DNA of 64,000 nucleotides from Nitrospinota bacterium (GTDB taxonomy: Bacteria; Nitrospinota; Nitrospinia; Nitrospinales; VA-1). The stretch is taken from contig JAYNIA010000004.1 of assembly GCA_038108555.1 (NCBI GenBank), positions 51,563 to 115,562 on the forward strand. The letters are read 5' to 3'. Below, piece after piece: positions 1 through 8,983 of this stretch. Numbering within the stretch: the stretch's first letter is position 1; every line of letters starts with the position of its first letter. The notes under the pieces were generated by a model. The model was given only the letters and a program-made list of their open reading frames with translations, ran no database searches and had not been told where the DNA came from. A program made the translations under genes and the position numbers.

Positions 1-471
1 CTGATGTTCGACATAGAAGAGTTGGACGCCCTGGTGCTTGGGGCTCAAATGGTGGAAAGCTGGGGGGACAAAGGATTGATTCAAGCTGCCCAGCATGCCA
101 TTGACAAAATAACATCGGTTCTTCCTGAAAGCCTGCAACGGGAAATTTCAGAAACTTTTCTTTTCTCATTACCATCGCAGGCCAGTCCTGTTATTTCCAT
201 CGACTTTACGAGCCTTCGCCGGGCCATCCGCAGCAAAAACTTTGTCGAATTTAACTACCAAAGAGAAGATGGTCAGAGATCCAAACGCAAAATCCGCCCC
301 CTATGCCTCGCTTTTTTTGGTCCCGTTTGGCTTTTATGCGGGTGGTGCGAAATGCGCCATGATTTTAGAAATTTTCGCCTGGATAGAATGAAAAATATGA
401 AAATCGCCAAAGAACAGTTTGCTGAAGAAAAAGGAAAACGGTTGAAGGATTACAAAGAAATGATGTGTTGA
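1..471 (+). CDS. YafY/PafBC-type WYL-domain transcriptional regulator, 5'-truncated by the window edge
   Basis: Begins in frame at LMFDIEELDALVLG, which resembles the linker after the HTH. C-terminal WYL signature: YQREDG..SKRKIRPLCLAFFGPVWLLCGWCEMRHDFRNFRLDRM. Confidence 0.85.
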   Translation: MMFDIEELDALVLGAQMVESWGDKGLIQAAQHAIDKITSVLPESLQREISETFLFSLPSQASPVISIDFTSLRRAIRSKNFVEFNYQREDGQRSKRKIRPLCLAFFGPVWLLCGWCEMRHDFRNFRLDRMKNMKIAKEQFAEEKGKRLKDYKEMMC

Positions 472-522
472 ATTTCTTCCTTCTCGGGAAACCCAATATT
501 TAGCCACCAAAGCAAGCTCCGC

Positions 523-552
523 TTGCTATTGAGGTCTGGAATTTGGTATATT
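523..552 (+). promoter_or_regulatory. Candidate sigma70 promoter
   Basis: TTGCTA-N18-TATATT with extended -10 TG. The -35 lies in an AGCAAGC-TCC-GCTTGCT inverted repeat (511-527). Confidence 0.4.
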
Positions 553-602
553 TTTTAATTACAGAAAGAATTTAATGACCCTCATTGTCAGGAGATACAA
601 TA

Positions 603-971
603 ATGTCCAATTCTGCCGCAGCATTGAAAGAAGCTGTTGAATTTGAAAAGAAAGCCTTGGAAAAATACCAGGAGGCTGCTTCTTTGGTGAAGCACGAAGA
701 AACAAAAGAAACCATTCAAAAAATTACTACGGATAAGCAGCAGACGATTGAATCCATGCATTGGATCATCATGGCAGAAGCCGGTAAAATTGAGACCGAA
801 AAGCCTGCAGAACAGGCGGAAGGCGAAGCCCCCAAAAGTGGTGCCAGCAAATGCCCATTTAGTGGCGCTCTGGCAGAAATGGGAATTGATATCACCAAAA
901 TGTCAAAAGAAGAAGCCATGGCGAAAATGGGTGATATGTCCAAAATTTTTCCGGAAAGCTCAGACTCCTAA
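603..971 (+). CDS. Small protein with a degenerate rubrerythrin/ferritin-like helical hairpin and a KCPF motif
   Basis: AGGAGA RBS before ATG 603. ALKEAVEFEKKALEKYQEAA resembles rubrerythrin helix A. Met-rich C-terminus. Confidence 0.55.
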   Translation: MSNSAAALKEAVEFEKKALEKYQEAASLVKHEETKETIQKITTDKQQTIESMHWIIMAEAGKIETEKPAEQAEGEAPKSGASKCPFSGALAEMGIDITKMSKEEAMAKMGDMSKIFPESSDS

Positions 972-977
972 ACTCCG

Positions 978-1394
978 ATGTCGGCTGAAATTACATTCTT
1001 GATTGAATGTCCGGCCTGTGGCATTGAGAACCTGCTTGCAGACTTTACCCCGGGAAGTTCTGCAATTTGCAACCAATGCCGAGAATCCCTATTGTGCTCA
1101 AATCTTGTCGAATCTCATAAGGGCCATACCTGCGATGACTGCGGTATGGTTTATATTATGAAAAGTGAAACCGATTTTGTGTCGGGAGAATCGGAGTGCC
1201 AATGCGGCTCGACGGAATTCAGCCCATTTGATATCGGACCTTTTGTGGAAAATCTTTTAGCAGCGGAAGCAGCCTGTCTGGCCGAAGAAGATGAAGAAAA
1301 TGGAGATTTTGACTGGTGCCGATCTGACCCGGATGACCCCCTGGAAGGGGATTACAACAATATTTTTGATGATGACCCGGGGTTCGGCAGATAG
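978..1394 (+). CDS. Double zinc-ribbon protein with acidic C-terminus
   Basis: CPAC, CNQC, CDDC and CQC motifs; D/E-rich tail. Confidence 0.65.
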   Translation: MSAEITFLIECPACGIENLLADFTPGSSAICNQCRESLLCSNLVESHKGHTCDDCGMVYIMKSETDFVSGESECQCGSTEFSPFDIGPFVENLLAAEAACLAEEDEENGDFDWCRSDPDDPLEGDYNNIFDDDPGFGR

Positions 1395-1537
1395 ATTTCC
1401 CCTACTTTTAGAATCTTTTCCCCCTTCTTGAGAATATCCCCTTTCCCATTGAAATTATTAATTTTATTTGTTAAATCCCCGATATTAGATATAATAAAAG
1501 TTTAATTTTCCCAAAATAATGTAAATCTTTAAATTCT

Positions 1538-2758
1538 ATGAATGAGAAAAAGCCTCTCGATGGAAACGTCTGGAGAGACAACCTTAAGGATGCGCTGGAT
1601 TTAATCAATAGCAGTGAAAGTTTTCTGTTCAGTGGAGACATTGACCCGGATTCAGTAGGATCCATGCTTTCTCTTTCACTCTACCTGCATCAGTTGGATA
1701 AAAAAGTATATTTGATACTTCCAGAATATCTGGGAGAGAATCTGGATTTCTTTGAGAAAATTATCGAATATAACGCAATCACCATCTTGCGGAACAAGGA
1801 TCAAATTGAATCCGTTAAAAATGATATCGAAACCATCATTTTTTGTGACACCGCAAATACAAAACTGGTACCCCACTACTCTTTTATTGCTGAAAAAATT
1901 CTTACCCGAAAACCCAAGGTGATTGAGATTGATCACCATTTTGGGGCGGACAGTGAAGAGCTTACAGACTATGGAATTAAATTATTTCGTAAAGCCAATG
2001 CAAACACGGAAATAATTGGGAAAATTCTTTTAACGTATCATGAGAAATACCATGAAGGCCCCAACCCCTTCGACCAACGCAATATTATTCTCGGTCTAAT
2101 CACTGGCATGCTGGGGGACACAGTGGGCGGAAAAGTGATTCCCTACAAAGAAGATTACGATGACTGGATGGATCTGCTCCAGGACCGACTCAAAAGTATC
2201 ACCCGTTGGAGAGAATCTGATCCCGACCGGGGTCCTGACGATAAGGAATCGAAGTTTGGAGATCCCAAACAGATCCTGGCTTACCTGAATCGACTGACTG
2301 AAGAACAGGAGGCCTGCTTCAACCTGCTCAATAGCCGGGTCGAATTAAAAGGAAAAATCGGCTTTTTAAACTTATTCCCATCCACACAGGAAGAGGTCAA
2401 AAACACGTGCAAGCCTTTTGACTCCGACTGGTTTGCAGATATTCAAAATTTTCTTTTGAACTCCGTGCCTGAAAAATCAGGTTGCGCCGGAATGGTCGTT
2501 TTTGAAGGACAAAATGCAGACGGCGAAGATTGTTTCTTCATAAAAATCCGGCGGGCGGTTAAGTTCCAGGGAATCGACCTGCGAACGGCAGAAGAAAAAT
2601 TGAAAGGTTTATTTGGAGACCTTTATATGGGTGGAGGCGGACATGCAGGAGCCGTTTCTTTTAGAATCCATACCATGGATGAAAAAGAGTTCCTGGAAAA
2701 AATCGAAACCATCTTCGAATTTTTCAACCAAAGCCTGATGGCCGCCAGCGATAAATAA
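1538..2758 (+). CDS. DHH/DHHA1 family phosphoesterase (NrnA-like, divergent)
   Basis: DIDPDSVGS, CDTA, IDHH, GDT and GGGGHAGA motifs. Confidence 0.8.
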   Translation: MNEKKPLDGNVWRDNLKDALDLINSSESFLFSGDIDPDSVGSMLSLSLYLHQLDKKVYLILPEYLGENLDFFEKIIEYNAITILRNKDQIESVKNDIETIIFCDTANTKLVPHYSFIAEKILTRKPKVIEIDHHFGADSEELTDYGIKLFRKANANTEIIGKILLTYHEKYHEGPNPFDQRNIILGLITGMLGDTVGGKVIPYKEDYDDWMDLLQDRLKSITRWRESDPDRGPDDKESKFGDPKQILAYLNRLTEEQEACFNLLNSRVELKGKIGFLNLFPSTQEEVKNTCKPFDSDWFADIQNFLLNSVPEKSGCAGMVVFEGQNADGEDCFFIKIRRAVKFQGIDLRTAEEKLKGLFGDLYMGGGGHAGAVSFRIHTMDEKEFLEKIETIFEFFNQSLMAASDK

Positions 2759-2769
2759 TCGGCTCCCAA

Positions 2770-3903
2770 TCACTTCCCCAATACCTTTTTGTAAAGAGCC
2801 ACCGTTTTTTCGACCATTGAGGTTTGAGAAAATTCGTCCCGTATCCTCACGACACCATTCTGCGCCATTGCCTGATGTTCCTCAGACCCAAGTGCCAACA
2901 TGTTCAGGATCGCATTCGCCAAAGGTTTTACTGAATTGGCCGGAACCAATAATCCTTCCACAGACTTCCGGACAATGTCGTTATTACCGGGGATATCCGT
3001 TGCAATGACCGGCTTTTTCATTGCCAGGGCCTCCAGCAAATTATAGGGAAGACCTTCGCTTTGAGAAGGAGAGATATAATAATCGGCACATTTGATTAAC
3101 TCCAGGGCATCCTCTCGGGCTCCTAAAAGTTTTACCGATTCGCTCAAACCGTTAGCTTCAATATACTGTTTAACTTTTTCAATATATTTCTTATGCTCAG
3201 CAGGACAATCCCCAATTATTATCAACCGAATGTGCGGAACCACTTTTTTTGCTTCGGCAAATCCTTCCAGCAAGGTCATTAATCCTTTTTCCGGTGAGAC
3301 TCTTGAAAGGGTGGCAAAAACTTTCTCCTCTTCCAAACCCCGTAATCCCATTGAAGAAAAAGCTATATTTGCCGGGGCCAGATTCTGTATGGAGTCCAGG
3401 TCAATGCCATTGTTTATAACTGTTGAATTGGAATCATTCAGAAACCACAAAATTTTTGCATTCGCTTTTTCACCATTGCCAACAAAAATATGATGTCGGG
3501 TTATTAAGGTTAGAAAATTTTCAACCATCAGGTAAAACAATTTATTGAATAGCGGCAGCAACTTATATTGAAATCCATGAAAGGTGTGGACTACGGGAAT
3601 TCCCAGCAACCTTCCCGCAAGCCGGCCATAAAGTCCGGGGCCTTTTCCATGCGTATGAATTAGATCCGGTTTTTCTTTCCGCAGAATTTTAAGCAGTTCG
3701 AGAAAGGTGGATAACGAAAGCTTTCTTAAAACCAGATCGTAGGGAGTGATTCCCAGGGACATAAACTTTTCCCAGTAAGCCCCATCCTTACGTGTGCACA
3801 TCATGAGGTTCCATTCGTTCCGGTCCAACTTCTCCAGAAGGCCATAGATTTGCCTGGGGCCTCCTCCCGGTGCGGTGGTTCCACTGATGATCGCAAGTTT
3901 CAT
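2770..3903 (-). CDS. GT4 family glycosyltransferase
   Basis: KPDLIHTHG, VINNGID, EKG, PSQSEGLPYNLLEALAMKKPVIATDIPG. Confidence 0.9.
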   Translation of the reverse strand: MKLAIISGTTAPGGGPRQIYGLLEKLDRNEWNLMMCTRKDGAYWEKFMSLGITPYDLVLRKLSLSTFLELLKILRKEKPDLIHTHGKGPGLYGRLAGRLLGIPVVHTFHGFQYKLLPLFNKLFYLMVENFLTLITRHHIFVGNGEKANAKILWFLNDSNSTVINNGIDLDSIQNLAPANIAFSSMGLRGLEEEKVFATLSRVSPEKGLMTLLEGFAEAKKVVPHIRLIIIGDCPAEHKKYIEKVKQYIEANGLSESVKLLGAREDALELIKCADYYISPSQSEGLPYNLLEALAMKKPVIATDIPGNNDIVRKSVEGLLVPANSVKPLANAILNMLALGSEEHQAMAQNGVVRIRDEFSQTSMVEKTVALYKKVLGK

Positions 3904-4040
3904 GATTAAAGCTGAGGGGTCATTTTCAATATTTGAACAAAATCATCTATCTTAATAGTACGATATTTTTTTAGCAATTTTGAATTTAAAACTACGAGGG
4001 AAGGATTGCGAAAAATCAGGAGGAAGGGGATTTAAAACAG

Positions 4041-4066
4041 TAAAAGAAGGTGGCCCGAAGGCCACC
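4041..4066 (-). terminator. Intrinsic terminator of the 4092-4946 gene
   Basis: Minus strand GGTGGCC-TTCG-GGCCACC followed by TTCTTTTA (cUUCGg tetraloop). Confidence 0.8.
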
Positions 4067-4070
4067 CAAT

Positions 4071-4094
4071 TTCCCACCGGGCGTTGCCCGGTTA
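4071..4094 (-). repeat. REP-like hairpin element, copy 1
   Basis: TTCCCACCGGGCGTTGCCCGGTTA; 23/24 identical to 53303-53326; terminal TTA is the TAA stop of the upstream gene. Confidence 0.75.
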
Positions 4095-4946
4095 CATTTC
4101 GTTTCCAATTCCGTTTTCGTCGGAAGGCAACATATTATCATCCTCGATAGCCAGCGCCACGCGTGGGTCAGATACCAGACTATCTTTGATGACACTTAAT
4201 AAAGTGGAGGCATCTGTCAGGAAGGCATTCAGGGTAGAATCATCTATTTCCCTGACCGAAAGATTCTCATACAGGCTGACAAGATTATCTGTCCGAGCAA
4301 TGGACTCGCCTATTTCTGAATAAGGGATGTTCCTGTTTTTACTATCGATTCCCCTTTGAGCGTATGCGATCCATTTATCAACGTCTGCTTCATCGTTGCC
4401 GAGGTCAACATACATTTCCCGCATTTTTTCTTTTCCATATTTCTGCAGTTCTTCAACCTTCTTTCGCCCCCATCCATCCAGAGGCATTCCTTTGGCTCCA
4501 CGACATAATTGTTTGAGTGAAAAGACCAGTCGGTTGAGTTGGCTATCTATCTGCATTCCATAATCCGTATATTTTCTTGCGTCAGCAGTCTTTTCAAAAA
4601 CATGCCAGGCTCCCCCGCGTTTTTGAATTGCGGTCCGTCTTTTATCCAGGGCAGTGGCTGCTGCAAGACATTCCTCTTCAGAGCTCAAGCTCGAAGGGGA
4701 AGCTTCCCTGAGCTTTTTGGCTAATCGGGAATCGACTGAAAGGTTGGGTAGACTATCTTCTTTTGAATATGCATTTATGCTTGCTGAAGATTTAGAAACT
4801 GTCTCTTTTCGCACCCAGGTGTTTTCTTTGACCGGCATTTGTACGGGTCCTTCCTGGGCTGCCTCCGGGCTACAGCTCATTACTAAAACCCCGCCAATCA
4901 TTACAGATAAAATTATTTGTAAACGCTTCATTTTAGACATACTCAA
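4092..4946 (-). CDS. Hypothetical lipoprotein
   Basis: Basic N-terminus, hydrophobic stretch and lipobox-like VMSC; 284 aa; followed by a terminator. Confidence 0.65.
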   Translation of the reverse strand: MSMSKMKRLQIILSVMIGGVLVMSCSPEAAQEGPVQMPVKENTWVRKETVSKSSASINAYSKEDSLPNLSVDSRLAKKLREASPSSLSSEEECLAAATALDKRRTAIQKRGGAWHVFEKTADARKYTDYGMQIDSQLNRLVFSLKQLCRGAKGMPLDGWGRKKVEELQKYGKEKMREMYVDLGNDEADVDKWIAYAQRGIDSKNRNIPYSEIGESIARTDNLVSLYENLSVREIDDSTLNAFLTDASTLLSVIKDSLVSDPRVALAIEDDNMLPSDENGIGNEM

Positions 4947-5190
4947 CTCTCAAGATTTTGTAAAAAAAGGATGTAGTTTTATACACTAATTTTTTTGCCC
5001 CTGCAAAAAATGAAAGGATTGAACTAATAAGATGGCCCCAAAATAAGTAGGATTCGACAAAAAAATGGCGTTTTTTCAATTTTTTTTCAAACCTTACGCC
5101 AAAAGCAACCCACCCCTCTAAATACCACAAACCATTATAAACAAACTATTTACAACCATCTCAACCCTTTAAATCTTGAAAAATTACCCG

Positions 5191-5206
5191 AGGCACACGA
5201 ATTGCA
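5191..5206 (+). promoter_or_regulatory. Candidate sigma54 (-24/-12) promoter
   Basis: AGGCACACGAATTGCA has exact GG-N10-GC spacing with GGCAC and TTGCA. Confidence 0.65.
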
Positions 5207-5281
5207 GAATTCCTTGAGTAAATTAAAGGAATTGTCGTTAAGAGATTTATAAAAACTCAGAATATCAAAGGTTTGTATACA

Positions 5282-5854
5282 ATGAGAATCCAAAAATTAA
5301 TTTATTTACTGATTACCGTCATCTTTCTAACTGGCTGCGAAGTAAAAATGGGGCCGTCTAGTTTCTGGAGCAAAGTGTTCCGAACACAAACAGACTCCAA
5401 ATATTATGAAGAAAAGACCGAAGACTTGGTACAAACCCTGACAGAAGATGTCGCTGAATATGAAATTAACAAAGTGACTGTTTTTGATCTTGTAGATGAA
5501 GAAAACAAAACTCCTATTCTCGGAGAATATATTTCCACAAGAATTGTTGAAGCCATCACTAAGAAATATTTCTTTCGTGATAAAACTTTCCGCGTAGCAC
5601 AAAAGGGCGAGGTTAAATCGGTATTGGATTCGTTAAAGCTGGAACCTTCTTTTCATTACAACAAAAATGAGTTGCGGCATTTGGGGAAAGCCCTCCACTC
5701 ACAGGCAGTCATCACGGGAAGGATTACAGATCTGGGAACCAACCTGGATGTTCATGTCACTCTGACGGATGTTATGAGTGGAGAAGTCATCGCATCTGCT
5801 TCTGAGCCTTTGACACGAACCAAATTTGCAGTTGAGATGCTGCGTCATCATTAG
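5282..5854 (+). CDS. FlgO/CsgG-like outer-membrane lipoprotein
   Basis: Lipobox FLTGC. Patterns KVTVFDLVD..TPILGEYIS and LGKALHSQAVITGRITD..DVMSGEVIASA resemble FlgO. Confidence 0.6.
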   Translation: MRIQKLIYLLITVIFLTGCEVKMGPSSFWSKVFRTQTDSKYYEEKTEDLVQTLTEDVAEYEINKVTVFDLVDEENKTPILGEYISTRIVEAITKKYFFRDKTFRVAQKGEVKSVLDSLKLEPSFHYNKNELRHLGKALHSQAVITGRITDLGTNLDVHVTLTDVMSGEVIASASEPLTRTKFAVEMLRHH

Positions 5855-5866
5855 GAAGGGAAGGGC

Positions 5867-7843
5867 CTAATCCTCTGCAATGGCCCTGCGATATCGACCC
5901 AGCGCCATTAAAGGAAAGAAGTGCTGGTACATATGATATTTGATGAAGAAATGGATGGGGAATCCCGTTCCGGTAAACTCATCTTCCCACCAGGTTCCCA
6001 TTTCATTTTGAGTTCGAACTAAATATTCCACACCCCGTTTAGCAGCTTCGCCTTTGGCGGCACCTCCTGCTATTAATCCCAATAAAGCCCATGCGGTTTG
6101 TGAAGCCGTGCTATTGCCACGTCCACGCAAACTGGGTTCTTCATAACTCTGGCAGGTTTCGCCCCAACCCCCATCTTCATTTTGATGCGTTTCCAACCAT
6201 TGAACGGCTTTGCGGCTGAAAGGTTGATTCAGGTCTTCACCCATGTGGGCCAACCCGTTCATCGCCAGGAAGGTTCCATAAATATAATTCACGCCCCAGC
6301 GACCGAACCAGCAACCGTCCAGCTCCTGACTTTCCTTAATATACTTTAAGGCACGTGCCACTTGCGGGTGTTCCCTTTTGAATCCCCATTGCGACAGCAT
6401 CCATAAAATCCGGCTGGAAACATCAACTGTGGGTGGGTCGAGCAAGGCTTTGTGATCTGCAAAGGGAACTTCATTCAAAACCTCTTTATCATTATCGATA
6501 TCAAAGGCTCCCCATCCCCCATTTTTACTTTGCATGCTAAGCAGCCAACTCATCGCCCTCTGACAATCTTCGAGCTTTTTTCTCACATCGGGAATATCCA
6601 ACCGGTTTAAAGCCAGCAGAATTTCTGCGGTATCGTCGGTGTCCGGATATAATTCGTTGTAAAACTCAAACGCCCATCCCCCCGGTTCTGCTTCCGGATT
6701 TTTTATTTGCCAATCCCCCCGCTTGACCACCTGTTTTGAAAGAATCCATTCACCAGCTTTAACCAAGCTAGGATCGCTGGTGGGCACGCCCGAGTCCATG
6801 AGTGCGTTTAAGCAAATTGCGGTATCCCATAACGGTGAAACACAAGCCTGCATCCAAAGCCGGTCTTCTTTTTCCAGCAGGAACCTTTCCACTCCTTCCA
6901 TCCCCTTGATGCAAGCCGGGTTTTCCTTGGAGTATCCCATTAAATGTAAGGCCAGAAGGGAATTGAGCATGGCAGGTTGAATGCCCGCCCAGTCGCCTTC
7001 CTCTTCCTGATGCTCCAGCGTCCATCGTTCCACCTCACGCATTGCCATTTTTCGAAACGGTTTCCAGGGAATTTTTCCTGCAAGTTTCAGGATTTTATCC
7101 AGATAGATAAAGGTGTTGCTCCAACTGGTGAAGGGCAGGCCAGTCGGCTTAAAGTCTAGGTCATAATCATTTTCCGTGAAAAGCTCCTGAACATCCCTAC
7201 CTTCGGGCAATTTATGAACCGGTTCTAGAGAGCGAACCACCGAAAGGGGAACCACAGTTCCCCGTGACCAACTGGAAATTTCATATATATTGAAATAAAA
7301 ATTATTCGGCAACAAAACGATTTCCATGGGTATGGCAGGGCAGACATCCCACGGGACCTGGCCGAACATGGCCAGGAAAATTTTAGTGAAGACACGGGTT
7401 TTTTTAATGCCCCCGTTTTTCTTGATGGCGTTTCTGGCACGCACCATTTCTTCCCGGTCGGCAGGCACCCCTGCCATTTTCAGTGCCATATAAGATTCAA
7501 CGGTGGAATTGATATCGCATAGCCCCCCATGAAAAAGAGCCCAACTTCCATCTTCTCTCTGCTGGTGCAGCAGATAATTGACGATCTTTTGTTGCCGGTC
7601 GAGATCGAGCCGATCGGTGAAATGCATGAAAAAAATCAGCTCAGCGGTAATGGTTACATTGGATTCCAGTTCATCGACCCAGTAACCCTCTTCATGCTGG
7701 CAAGACAACAAATAATCCCGCGACCGTTCAATACAACGGCTTAAAGGGTCCCCATTTGGGGGGGTGCCGTCAGTTGACAAAGGGGGTTCTTCCATTTCCG
7801 TAACTTTCTCCATATTTTCCATACAGTTAGGGGGCTTCCGCAA
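5867..7843 (-). CDS. shc: Squalene-hopene cyclase
   Basis: DTDDTAE (DxDD) catalytic motif, QW repeats (QREDGSW, QSKNGGW, QELDGCW, QNEDGGW), GRWGVNYIYGT, FTGTGFP. True start is probably one of the ATGs shortly after the TTG. Confidence 0.95.
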   Translation of the reverse strand: MRKPPNCMENMEKVTEMEEPPLSTDGTPPNGDPLSRCIERSRDYLLSCQHEEGYWVDELESNVTITAELIFFMHFTDRLDLDRQQKIVNYLLHQQREDGSWALFHGGLCDINSTVESYMALKMAGVPADREEMVRARNAIKKNGGIKKTRVFTKIFLAMFGQVPWDVCPAIPMEIVLLPNNFYFNIYEISSWSRGTVVPLSVVRSLEPVHKLPEGRDVQELFTENDYDLDFKPTGLPFTSWSNTFIYLDKILKLAGKIPWKPFRKMAMREVERWTLEHQEEEGDWAGIQPAMLNSLLALHLMGYSKENPACIKGMEGVERFLLEKEDRLWMQACVSPLWDTAICLNALMDSGVPTSDPSLVKAGEWILSKQVVKRGDWQIKNPEAEPGGWAFEFYNELYPDTDDTAEILLALNRLDIPDVRKKLEDCQRAMSWLLSMQSKNGGWGAFDIDNDKEVLNEVPFADHKALLDPPTVDVSSRILWMLSQWGFKREHPQVARALKYIKESQELDGCWFGRWGVNYIYGTFLAMNGLAHMGEDLNQPFSRKAVQWLETHQNEDGGWGETCQSYEEPSLRGRGNSTASQTAWALLGLIAGGAAKGEAAKRGVEYLVRTQNEMGTWWEDEFTGTGFPIHFFIKYHMYQHFFPLMALGRYRRAIAED

Positions 7844-7923
7844 AATTTATTCAAGAAGTCTAAATTAACCCATTTTATGATATAAAGCAAAACCCACTTC
7901 CGGCTATTTTGGAACAAAACCCA

Positions 7924-7952
7924 TTGACAATAGGGGGATTCTCTTTTAATAT
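7924..7952 (+). promoter_or_regulatory. Sigma70 promoter of rplM-rpsI
   Basis: TTGACA-N17-TAATAT. Confidence 0.7.
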
Positions 7953-7996
7953 AGCCCGTTTACGACAATTGAAATTTTTTTATAGAGCAGGACCTA

Positions 7997-8428
7997 ATGA
8001 AGACAACTTATTTTGCAAAACCTGGTGAAGTCGAGAAAAAATGGGTGATCATTGACGCAACAGATATACCTGTTGGACGAATCGCCAGTAAAGCCGCATC
8101 CATCATTCGCGGAAAAACCAAACCTACTTATACTCCCCATACAGATACCGGGGATAATGTAATCATCATAAATGCCGCTAAGGTGAAACTGACCGGACAA
8201 AAATGGAGTGACAAAGTCTATTACCACCATACCGGTTGGCCCGGAGGAATCAAGTCCATCACTGCTAAAGAAGTTTTGGAAAAAAAGCCGGCGGACCTTT
8301 TGAAAAAAGCCATTCGCGGTATGTTGCCTAAAAACCGATTGGGCCGCACCCTGAATAATAATTATCGAATTTACGACACGGCTGAGCATCCGCACGGAAG
8401 CCAGAAACCGGAAAGCGTAACCATTTAA
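7997..8428 (+). CDS. rplM: 50S ribosomal protein L13
   Basis: KWVIIDA..GRIAS..IRGKTKPTYTPHTDTGDNVIIINA; YYHHTGWPGG; GMLPKNRLGR. Confidence 0.98.
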   Translation: MKTTYFAKPGEVEKKWVIIDATDIPVGRIASKAASIIRGKTKPTYTPHTDTGDNVIIINAAKVKLTGQKWSDKVYYHHTGWPGGIKSITAKEVLEKKPADLLKKAIRGMLPKNRLGRTLNNNYRIYDTAEHPHGSQKPESVTI

Positions 8429-8463
8429 TCGCACTAAGAAAAGGACGGAGAGTAATAACAGTT

Positions 8464-8853
8464 ATGATCGAACGATTTTATGCAACAGGAAAACGAAAAG
8501 AATCCATCGCCAAAGTTTGGGTTCAGGCGGGCAAGGGTGAAATCACAGTAAATAATAAATCCCTTAAAGAATATTTCCGCCGCGAAAGCCTGGAATGCAT
8601 TATCAAACATCCGCTGATTGCAACTGACACTCTCGAGTCTGTTGACATTAAAGCCACGGTCAAAGGCGGCGGACTGTCTGGTCAATCTGGTGCGCTTCGC
8701 CTGGGAATTTCCCGGGCTCTCATTCTGACCAATTCAAGCCTGCGTGCCCCTCTCAAAAAAGCAGGATTCCTCACCCGAGATTCCAGATCGGTAGAAAGAA
8801 AGAAATACGGGCAGCCTGGCGCACGTAAAAAATTCCAATTCTCCAAGAGATAA
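8464..8853 (+). CDS. rpsI: 30S ribosomal protein S9
   Basis: ATGKRKESIA, GGGLSGQ, LTRDSRSVERKKYG, QFSKR. Confidence 0.98.
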   Translation: MIERFYATGKRKESIAKVWVQAGKGEITVNNKSLKEYFRRESLECIIKHPLIATDTLESVDIKATVKGGGLSGQSGALRLGISRALILTNSSLRAPLKKAGFLTRDSRSVERKKYGQPGARKKFQFSKR

Positions 8854-8882
8854 TCGTCCCCTCGCTCGCCATTGTTTGTTTG

Positions 8883-8908
8883 AGCTTTGCCAATGCGCAA
8901 AGCTTTTC
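8883..8908 (+). terminator. Possible terminator after rpsI
   Basis: AGCTTTGC-CAATGC-GCAAAGCT followed by a short T-run. Confidence 0.45.
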
Positions 8909-8983
8909 TGGAAAAAGACACCTCTTTTTCTCCATTAAAAATTTATTTGAGATAAAATCCTATCTTCATAGGAGTCTTTGATC

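Noticed and set aside
1..471. WYL gene as a marker of a defence island
   Set aside because: It looks like a YafY-type regulator and no defence genes follow it. The upstream context is outside the window.
1397..1447. Imperfect TTCCCC..AGAAT direct repeats
   Set aside because: Short, low-complexity and without spacers; not a CRISPR array.
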